Below are positions 1-10,923 of a stretch of DNA of 64,000 bases, piece by piece. Location: NCBI GenBank assembly GCA_964035545.1, contig OZ037766.1, positions 32,540,773 through 32,604,772 on the forward strand, written 5' to 3'. Source of the DNA: Bugula neritina. Lineage: Eukaryota > Animalia > Bryozoa. Made by a program: the position numbers and the translations under genes. Position 1 is the first letter of the stretch; each line of letters begins with the position of its first letter. The notes beneath the pieces are model-generated. The model had not been told where the DNA came from. It did no database searches and saw only the letters and a program-made list of their open reading frames with translations.

Positions 1-1559
1 TAGGAAATTAGATGCGGAATATAGAGATAACGGTGGCCACGTTGGAGTCAGCTTTAGATGATAATGACTGCAAGTTCCAAATTTTTTGGAAAATAACCAG
101 GAAATATACCAAAATTCTGTCAAGAAAAAAGAGTTAGTTGGTGTACTTAAATCGTCGGGTCTAAGATTATAAACTATAAACAATGATGTGTTTGACAAGG
201 ACAAATTATTTTTAATTAGTTTACGTTGATGTCATGATATATTCTTAAAATTTAAAAAGCTGTTTTTTAACAAATTTTTCCCACTAAATCTGACACTGTT
301 ATGCATTGAAACTGTCACATTTTTTGTTTTAATAGACTGTAAAGCATTCTATAAATTATAATTTAGCTTATGTTTTTAAAAAATCATATTTTTTGTAGCT
401 CCATGAAACTTATTCTATTATATTGTATTACGTACACAAACATGAAGTGCTATCAATTATAATTATACATACAAACCTTAATTTACTAAAAGTAGATAAA
501 ATTCTTTCCTGCCACCATCTGTAAGTTAGTTAAACTCAAGCATGATTTCATTATATTAGCTGCATATTCTCAAATTCAATAAAATAAAAGTTCAATTTGC
601 AGTTTTACGTAGAAAAGCTTATACAGCAATAATTGGAATATTCAAATTCATTATCTCAACTATTTATAGATAGTGCGGATAAATTTATATCCAGTCAATT
701 ATAGTTTTTACATATATGGGCTCTACACAATTGTGACATTGATATGAACTTCAACCAAAATTTCCATTAAATGTATGCTGTTTTAAGTTTATTTTGTGGT
801 GCAACAATATGCGAAAAGAAGGAGGTTGATTTGCAGTGAACTGCATTGTATGTTTACTACTAACAGTTCATAGCAGATATAAAAGTATGTGTATAAATAT
901 AAAACTATAACACAAAAATAGTGATATTGATTATAGTAGGAGATGAGATCTATTAGTCATTGTATATAACGATGTTTCTAACTCAGTTGATCAGTGCATC
1001 TTTTAGCAATTATATAGCTAAAGTATTGTCCTGTTTGTTTGAGTTGGAGTTGCGTTCTACTGCTACATGGTTTCAGCTAATCCATCTATAGTGCTCGTTT
1101 TTTTCAGTCATTGTTTAAGCTATAAACTATACTAAGTAGTTATTTAAAGTAGTTATCTACATTGTAAGATAAGAGGCAGAAGTGCAGAAATTATAGAAAG
1201 AAATCTCTCCTCAAAGTTTTTTAGTGCATAATTCACCAGGGCTTCACAACATAGAATAGAAACAATAACCTACAGAGGTATAAAATATAATAAGAGGATG
1301 AAAACCTGTTTGATAACTGTTTGAAAATTTTTACTATTATCATAAGCTGTATAAAATGTATTATGTAACAATACGCTGACAAAAGTCAGCCAGTAGGTCA
1401 CACTTGTAAATAATCAACATTAGTTTTAAATAAAAGACTATGTGCTGATGAAAACAGACTATATTACTGAATAAATATAAAACTAGTCATGGTTTATCAT
1501 GTTATAAGAAAATCGAATTTTAGTTTAAAGTGTCACTCGCGAGACATATAGCAGTAGAC

Positions 1560-4500
1560 TTAGACTAGATCAGTGTCTAGCTTTCTTTGCACAGTTTTAA
1601 TTTGGTGCTCAGTTTCACAGATTATTGGATGATCTAATACTTCACATGCAAACACAAAACTTTCTTTTGCCTTTAGAAAGTGAATGAAAGCATTCTCATG
1701 CTGCTGAAGCGAGTCATACATGCTGCCCATAGATTGCAAAATTTCTCCTCTTTCTAGTGCTGCTGGTTTTGGTGAGATTCTGTCAACTCGAGCCAGCAGA
1801 GAGAGCGATTCACTATAGGCCTGTTCAGCAAGATTCACATTTCCTTGCTTCCAATGACTTAATGCTAGTTTGGCCAAAGCATTGGAAATATATCCATCTA
1901 TGTATTCTTTATTTTCTGATGCAGCAGTTTTAAACATCTCTATTGCTTTATTCAGGTAAAATTTTCCCAAATCATTCTTTCCAGTATGGACTAGATGCAA
2001 GCCATACTGCATAATCGCAGCTGCTGATTGTGCATGTGGAACTTTGTAGCGGGGTAGACTGAAGAACACTTTGACTAAGATTTTATGGAATGTTGGAGAG
2101 GTTCTTGTGGCAAAATAGTGTAGGACAGAAGCTTTGAACTTGCTTTTTTGTCCATACAACTGAATAGTCATAGTTAGGCATCGCTTTAAGTATTCCTCAG
2201 TATCTTCATGCCGTCCTAGCATTGTACATGCGCTGCCTAATGCAAACATTATGTGCGCAATGTCTCGGTGACACGCCTCACTTCCGTATTTCTCGTACAG
2301 CATCTCCTTACTTCTCTCAAAATACAAGAAAGCAAACTGATAGTACTTGGTGTAGATGTAGTTGAGTCCGATGGTCCACAAGACATGTGCAAGAATAATG
2401 GAAGGGTTGTTGAGATACTTGAGTCTGCCTTCTGGATTCTCTTTCAGAAGATCTACCAATGGTTCTACGTCTTCATCTGAGTATATTATTTCCCCATAAT
2501 AATTGTATTCAATCTCTCTCGATGCCAGAAGATGGCAAATTTCAAGGGCTTTAAAAAGATGATCCCGAGCTTCAACATACCTATACAACATGTTGTAAAC
2601 TCGTCCAATACAAAATTCTGTTTTTGCTAGCAACTCATGATTGCTTTTCAAATGCTCTTTACGAATTTTTAACGAAGATTTGTATTCCTCCACTGCTTTT
2701 GTGTAATTGATCAAACCATAATAACAATCTGCTGCTTCAGCCTTTGAATCACCCATAATGAGCTGTTGCTCCTGGAAATTTTCTGAGCCATGGCCATCCT
2801 CAATCATCCTTTGTATTGCAAGATGATATTCTAGAGCTTCTTTGTATTTCCTCTCTTCACACATAGAATAGGTTAGAGCTTTCACAGAGTTCCATACTTC
2901 TAAAAAGCCACCATGAACGATATTTTGAATATCGTGAATAACTTTTTCTGGATTAACTGTAAGCAAACTCTGACTCCCAATATGCTTTTCAAAATGGTCA
3001 GTGCCTTTAGACCAGCGATTGCAGCAGTGAAAAACTTGGAACTTTACCAACCAGTTCGGATTTTCAATTTCTCTTTTAATCATCTGCTCAATATCATCAA
3101 CTGTGCAGCTGCCAACATGCTTCTTTAATGGAACTGAATAGTCACAATGAAGGTTGAACAATGTCTGAGACAAAAACCATCTTTGCCCTGAACTCCCATC
3201 TCCTCTGATTGCTGGCTGAGTAATTTGAGAAGAGAAATAGTTTTTAGGTAAGACTGATAGCTTGTTTTCAGCCGAATCGTAGAAAAGGTATGTTGAAAGA
3301 CGCAAATAGCAAGCACATGAAAGTAGAAACTGAAGAGATTTGTGCACAGAGTTGGAAATGAGTTGCTGTTGAAAAAAAATATTCAATGTTGTCCACGAAT
3401 CCAAAGATGAGCGACTAAATATAATAGAGAGGTTGTACAGAAGAATGGAGGGGTATCGGTACAATTCTTTTTTGGTGTTGATAGAAAAGCCATTGTTTAT
3501 CAACTCCTCAGTAGGCTGGAAACCAAACTTTTTTGCATCAGAAATAAACATGTTTCTGTTGGCTCTATGCCTGTTGACATTTTTAGGTTGCAACTTATTC
3601 TTTCTTTCAACAAACTGTTTAAACAGCTCCTTGGAATTTTTTCCATGAATGTATACTAGTCTGGTATACTGCAGTTTTGCGGTGAGGTCTCCCTTAATTG
3701 AATCTTCATCTTTTGGATCATTCAAGACTTGTTCATAGCTTTCTAGAAGTTGTGAAGGAGTAGCGATAAAATGGTTTTTCTGCGCATCAGTACCATTTCC
3801 TGTGGGTATACTTCCAGCGTCTTTCTTCAATCCATCAATTTTAAAACCACTCATTTGGGCATCTTCAAACCATCTCTTTAACTCCAACACTGATAGATAC
3901 CCCAGTGGGGTTTCTGCCAGGTTGCCTATTATAAAATAGCTTGACAAAGCTAATCTTTCAAAGTAGTTGATGTTATTGGGTGTTGCTGCTTCAATTAGGA
4001 AAAGGTACTCGATATCTGAGTATGGAGTAGCTTCACCTTTAGCTAAGGAACCGAGTGCCACCACACAGAAACTACAGGGAGGCTGAGAGATCAGGCTAAT
4101 AACACTGTATTCAAAGATCATTTTTGCAAATTCAACCATTTGATTTGTGCATTCCAGTGATATCCTTTCAATTTCGGTGATAAATGTGTCAATGAACTCA
4201 AAGTTTGTTATTTTTTGTTTGTCAAGTTTGATTACAAGCTTGTCTACCTGATCAACTTGACTTCTTACCATCTCCCTAATGCATGAAAGAGTGTTTGCTA
4301 ACTTGCATGTCACGTCTTTTTGTACCTCATAGCTCCAGGCTCTATCCTCTTTCCAATACAAACTTTGAGCCTCGAAAGCCTGCTGTTTCCAGAACTCCGC
4401 ATTTTCATGACTTACTCTTACAGAAACGGAGTTATAAAGAGCATGTGCCTATAAAAGGTAAAACATACTCGATTTGGGTTATGCTGCAATATTTTATATG

Positions 4501-5905
4501 ATTAGTTGTACTTTATATACGGTAAAAGCTACAATAATTTGCTAAATTAAATTGTTAACTATCCCATCTAAAAAGCTTCATAATTAAAAAAACTCCATTT
4601 GCATAAAGCTCAATATAAAATGCAGCAATAACAAATGGGCTCTAAAGTTGCGTTTATACCTTCACAATTTTCGGTCAAAATTTCAATTTGGCCGGGTTGA
4701 AATTTCTCCGAGTTGCATTGCATTGTAAAAACCACCCGTTGAAATTTTTGTACTGTGATAACTTAATCGGCCAATTTTAGAATAGTGTTGTGAGTTTTAG
4801 CACAATTATCAAGTGTGGATTGCCTGCGTATTTAGTTTCAATTTAACTAGCAATTACTAACAGAGCTTGCGCACGATAACCTTTATTTAACTCGATAAAC
4901 ATAATTATAACATCACATCAAAATACCACAATACATCAATCAATTATAAACACATGTTACTACTACGAGCCCCTGCTCTCAACAACCCATGGTTTCTGCT
5001 AGCTAACCCGCGAACAGTCACTTGACCGGAACCTTGCCTTCCGGTCCCTCTGATTGGATAGTAAAACATAGTTATAAGTATTCCACGCAGGAGGGGACGA
5101 CCCCATTATTATGCTACGTAATCCCATTACAATAGGAGTAATTACTCGTTGTAAAAATTGTTATTTAGTTATTACTTTGGCGATTAGACAACGTACTTAT
5201 ACGGTTATAATTATATAGCCTACGCCTTCTCAATTATCGCTTTTATGCTTTCCGCTTCACGACGTTTACAAAGGGCATCAAATAGCTATTATGCGAGTCA
5301 AATTTCAATTTCAGAAAGTGAGCAACCGCATCAATATGATTTCAACGAGTTTCAGTTTGACTATAAAGAGGTACCCGGACAAGCATTATTAACTTAAACT
5401 CGGTACTTTTTTCAGCAGAGGTATAAACGCAACTTTAAAGAAATGAGAAGAGATGGTAATAGTTTAAGGTAACCCTAAACAAAGCTTCTACCTTGAGAAT
5501 ATCTGTCCAATCATCAGTTACTTTGTATTTCTCCATATACCCATTGGCTAACTTCTCCAGGTAAAGTTTAGACACCTCCAGGTTGTATTTCCCACCATGT
5601 GCACCACAATATACTTCTTTAAATGCTTTCAGCTCTTCTGGGAGCATCTACATACGTGTGTTGATAAGACGTACTATATGTTAGTATATTCCATGTTATA
5701 TCACTATTATTATATTATATTATATTATATTATATTTACTTCGCATATTGTTGCATACATATGCAATAATATTGCATGTATTGTATATATGTGGTAATAT
5801 ATAACACGCTATAATATATACTGTATATAGATAATATAATGTGATACTCTAATACATACGGCCTTTTACATTCATCAACTTACTCACCACAAACTCATCA
5901 TCCAT
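1560..5905 (-). CDS. Nucleotidyltransferase (Pol-beta fold, GlnD/DUF294-like) + TPR-repeat protein, copy A, intact, about 1020 aa, 3 coding exons
   Basis: Exons 5905-5888 (MDDEFV|gtgagt), 5647-5492 (tag|MLPEELK...DWTDILK|gtagaa) and 4448-1560 (tatag|AHALYNSV...DTDLV*) are all phase 0 and open. The 933-aa ORF call starts at an internal TTG. Motif VVALGSLAKGEATPYSDIEYLFL (about 4005-4052) fits hG[GS]x9-13Dh[DE]h. It is followed by GFKIDG, a helical INTKKELYRYP...ACYLRL segment, and TPR-like helical pairs (e.g. AVEEYKSSLKIRKEHLKSNHELLAKTEFCIGRVY). Confidence 0.85.
4646..5434. mobile_element. Non-autonomous DNA transposon (MITE), 789 bp, Kolobok-like, in intron 2 of copy A
   Basis: Perfect 16-bp TIR AGTTGCGTTTATACCT...AGGTATAAACGCAACT flanked by CTAA/TTAA. 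It is absent from the homologous intron of copy B (empty site near 14010). The superfamily is inferred only from the AG..CT termini and TTAA-like target. Confidence 0.85.
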
Positions 5906-8900
5906 TTTACTTCTGTTATTTCACAAGTTGTTAGATATAACTACTTCTGTATGGAGCTGGAGTTATCTCCCATAAGCTGCAAACATTAACAAGCTTTACT
6001 CTCCCTAGTATTTCAATTATAAAAACCTAACATGATGTATGAAATGCATGATTAGTTAGTAAATTTAGACAATAATTTAGCCTGTTACCAGCATTTACTG
6101 TTGTACATATTCACATTACCTGCGGATATAATCTAAGGCTATTAGCAATAAATAAAACTCCAGCAATATCATAACGTTTTTCACCTATAATTAACCAGTA
6201 GTCTGTCTATATGAAAGGTTTTATTAACAAACCTATCATATCTTAGAAACAGTTTAGCATCCAAAGTATAAATAGGCTCTCTATGTACAAGTTCCTAGTC
6301 TGAATTTACTCTGCTATACATCAACTTATGATCTCACCACTCCCTGACTCTTGTGTCCCCTGAGAAATAAAGCTAATATGCTGATACACAGTTGCTCATG
6401 ATTGTTGCTAGGAATTCTAATAAGAGTCATTTGTGCTTACATAGAATAAATGTTATGCACAGGATATACTTTACATGTATCTCTTATACATGATTGGAAA
6501 CAATAACATTGCTGTTCCCAGCCCCCTCCCCCAAATGTGAAATACTCTATCCTATGTTAATATTATAGTAATATTACCTTCAGAGAGATAACAGGGAAGT
6601 TAAAAACACTTGAGACGATATCCAAAATCTGATTTCATTGATGTATCCTCCACTTTGCTCTTTGAATAAGCAAGCTGATTGTCCGTTTTTACTATTCATA
6701 TTTACATACAATAACCCATAGCATATTACAATTACTGAGTGTTTTCATTTGCATCGTTTACTTTTATACCCTGTATTTTTACAAGCAGCCAGAATAACAA
6801 AGTTACTTAGTTACATAATCAAGTTTTTAATGAAGTGAATCTGTTAACACAACCACAATGGAGTTATGATTAGTGTATAGCTTATATAACAGTAGAGATT
6901 AGCAACCAAAGTGTAGCATAGGTTGTAGTCTCATTTTACCTAATAGCTTAGCTATTAGAGTGGTTAAGCTTTATCACTGAGCTGGTGTGAACATTGAACA
7001 AAGTTGTTAATTCACAGTCAGTTGAGAAGGTATTGATGCCAATTTTTACTATGTATTCTATTTTACACTTTTTAGAAACCTCTTCTAAGATGCACTTGAT
7101 AAATTTATCAGCTAATGTATTTTAGAAAGGTTTACTAATTTCTAATTTTATCGTTATATAGTGTCCAATGAATAATATTTTCAAAATATCAAATATTTAA
7201 ATTTACTCTTTTATTTAAAGTGCTAAATGCATGCACCTATACCCAACAGCTTTCACTCAGTGTATATTATAATTTATTTTAAATAAGCAACATATATAAA
7301 TAAACATTGACTTGATCATGTTCAATTCAATTTAGGTTATTGCATATACGGTGATTAGAAAAAAAGCCCATTTTTTGACAACAGTTTAATGCATAAAATT
7401 AACAGCAGCCGGTGCGTTTAGCTGAAACAGGTTGCATTTTCAGAACTAAAATACTTGCTGTGTGTATTTATTAGAAAATCGTATATTATTTGTAGAATCT
7501 TTAAACATTTGAATGGAAATAAACCTAAAAGAAACATTTAACGCTGCTTTGACTTGTGAGTGTACTACAAGATAATTTCTAAGCGTTTAAAAGCACTGGC
7601 TTTATAAACTATAGGAGATTATCTTTTCTTCATAAATCTTATTTTTAAATGCAGATCACTTGTTTCTAAAGCTCAATATTTCAATTAATAAACTTTAGCT
7701 AAAATTTTAAGGCCTTAGCACTATATCCAATCTTTTATATACACTGAAGAGACTCCGATAACAGAGCAAAATTGTATTTCTGAAAATTGAAATAACAGTT
7801 TCCAAATGAAAAGTTCAACAATGGGTCTTAATTAGAATTCTTAAAAAAAATGGAGAAAGTTGCCCTCTCAATTCTAAGTGATATGAAGAAGAGGGAATTG
7901 TTTACTCAATCTGAAATATGGCCAAGTTGTTTATGTTATATCCATTGAACTATAACCTATTATAGCTTCAGTTCAATGGTTATAGCGCGTGGAAGGGGAA
8001 ATGGAGTTATCTTCCATTGCCTTCAAGTATAATCGATTAGAAAGCATTTTATATTCTGTTAAACTCTGTTAATTTCTAAACCATGCAAAGCATTAGGCTT
8101 TCTTATTTTGGAGACCGCAAAGATCAGACTATTTTGCTATTTAAACTATCAGAGGTCATTGGGTAGGTCAAGATTATAATAAATTCGAGAAAAGCTTAAA
8201 ACCTTGTGTACAATACTTATAACTGAGTTTGCCGTTGTTTTAACTTAAAGCTGAATGTTAAGATCATTTAGCCACGACAAATGTATGGACATTATGTCAT
8301 AATATAATGCCCGATAATGTTTCTGAATACCCAGTAGATAAGAGTAATTTTTAGAAGAAGTGTATTCAACAACCCACAAACATGTTCAAATATAAATGAC
8401 CTAAAGCAAGTTGCAATGATACCAGCAAACTTTAGGATATCTAGGTGAAAGAAGCCACTTTTGTAAATCTCAAATCTTGCATACTCTAAGTAAAAATTGT
8501 GTTTTAAAAAAACTAGAATTTTAAACCCAGGAATACTGCAGTAATTAAGTTATATGAGGTTCATCAATCTACTATAGATTACTCTGCGCTTTGCGCCAAC
8601 TTAGGATGGCTTGGTTCTTCACAACTATACGTATATATAAAAGCAAAGTTGTAGTTTGACCAGAGATCAATTACAAAATAAATCAAAGCTTCATTAATTT
8701 GTTTTGGTGTAACTGTTTGTGATGGATGAATGTGATGAATATATACTATTCGCATTCCTCAGTTATAAGAAATTAATTAGCCAATATGAGAAAGCCAGAA
8801 GAAAGCCTGGTTCTATTTTATGTAATATCAACAGATGAGTTTAAGTTATGTAAAAATGTCAAAGTTCTGTGAAAATGTTTATAAAACAAAGGTAGAAGAC

Positions 8901-9304
8901 AAATTCCTGCTGCCATTAGGTTTTACAATACAATTAATATAGAGCTCAGAGGCCATTGTTCATTGGCTGATTGATTGAGAGAGCAAATATGATTGGTTAA
9001 GAGATTACAGGTGAGTATGTAGGTGACTATAGTGTGTCAAGTGCCTGGAATAGTATATCGCAACTGTCACAGATAGAGTGACACTTGCTGTCTTCAAAGT
9101 ATAGTCGATTGTGACCAGTTCCAAATATTTAATTAAAATATTATAATAATAATATATAGCAGACAGTGAGTCACCATTATACTAGAGTAGCTTGTCTTAC
9201 TGCAACACTTAGACAGCAGGAACCAGTGTTTATGTTATATAGTTTGTTGTCAAACAATGGATACAGCTGGTATATAATATGCTGAGGTTCTTCTGCTACC
9301 AGAC

Positions 9305-9396
9305 ACACTAAAGAGCTCAATGTTTACACACTATAGAGCTCAATGTTTACATGCTAAAGAGCTCAATGTTTACACACTAAAGAGCTCAATGTTTAC
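9305..9396. repeat. 23-bp minisatellite, about 4 copies (ACACTAAAGAGCTCAATGTTTAC)
   Basis: Direct tandem copies visible in sequence. Confidence 0.9.
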
Positions 9397-9685
9397 TGTA
9401 TCTGAGTAATTTTATAATGTCTGCGGAGATGCATTCTGTACAGAATGTTTTGTATATGATACGTACATTATATTATATATGAATGTACATTTCATATATG
9501 CGCAGAATATATTATACGTATATAGTATTCTGTACAGAATATTATGAATAGAACAATATTCTTTATAGAAAATTATTCTATATACATAATATTTTGTATT
9601 ATTGCTAGTATGACTGCGTGTATGTATATCATAGTTTTATTCATTCCTGTGTGCTCACCAATTTAATGCTTATGTAGAAAGGCTA

Positions 9686-9876
9686 ACACCATGGTCTAGG
9701 GGTTAAAGTGTTTGCCTATAGTCACCCAAATTCATGGGGTCAGACTAAGGCCATTGGTAAAATTAGGAAGAGCATTCAGTCATAATTGCCCCTGCGCCCC
9801 ATCTGAATACATCCTTAGCCCGATTTAACAAAAACCCTTTCCATCAGGGGTTCTCACAAGGATAGTGACTATAAAC
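9686..9876 (+). mobile_element. Possible degenerate tRNA-derived SINE
   Basis: Begins TGGTCTAGGGGTTAAAGTGTTTGCCT, resembling a Pol III A-box and tRNA D-arm; the B-box is not convincing and boundaries are approximate. Confidence 0.3.
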
Positions 9877-10923
9877 TTGCATTAGTTACGTTTAGAAAGG
9901 CTAACATCACAGAATTCAACATGTGAACGTAGCATGTAATATCTCAATACCATAAAAATTTCCGATCCTAGCTTGAACATGTTGCTGATGAACCTTGACT
10001 CAGGAATGTTTTTAATTAAACCTTGAAACTTTAAAGTGTCAAATTTTCAACCAGCTCAGCCTAAGTAATAATTATAGGCTGTGTGTTGCAGCAGCTAACA
10101 ATAACACGAAATAGAAATTAGCTTTAATCAGCATAAGTTTTATAGTTATAGCAGCTCAAAAACAAAGCCAACCAAATATGCCATCAGCAAGCAATCAGAA
10201 ATCCCAAATCAAGTCAGCACATGTGCACTCAAAATTATTTTTAATGTGAATTCGCTTAAGCGTACAACTTGAAAACAGTATGTAGATAAAATTTGATATA
10301 TAAGAATATTTTATTACTACATATAAGTGGAATGTGCCAGGAAATCTTTAATTACTATTTTAGACTCACATCTGCATTGTAAAATTGAATGTCTCAAGTT
10401 ATTTGTTAGTTATAGATGCTGATAATTTGAAGTTTTATTCCACTTATTATGATAAATGGCTGCATATGGTGTAACTCTTATTGCAAGATGAAATTTAAAA
10501 ATTATTACTGCATAGAATGGTAGCTTAACATTATCTGTATTGCTTTTCATTAACAAGTTTTTCTGAAAACATTCTATGAGCATGAAACTTAAGACAGCTA
10601 CAGCAAGGTATTAATGCATAGAGTAAAAAAAAATATATACATATAAACGGCAGCACCAGTTTGATTACTTTCATCACCATACTCTACATAGCATAAAACA
10701 TGTTTAGAGTGTGTAAAGCATCAGGCTGAGTGAAATCAGTCAGTATCATCATTCAGAGTACAATGTGCAAACATCTAACAAAGACAGCAATCTATATATT
10801 GGTAAAAATCGATACAGGTATAATTGTCAAAGTCAATCATGTAATAAAAACACTCAAATGACAGTGCTAGGTAATTCACAGGATAGTGTAAAGTAAAAGC
10901 CAGGTACAGCAGCAGTAAGTTTA

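Noticed and set aside
1-180. Possible coding tail at the window start
   Set aside because: Frames are short with stops and contain no recognisable motif.
2253-3648. Short plus-strand ORFs, one shared between paralogs (2253-2480 / 11620-11847)
   Set aside because: Antisense shadows of the duplicated minus-strand coding exon.
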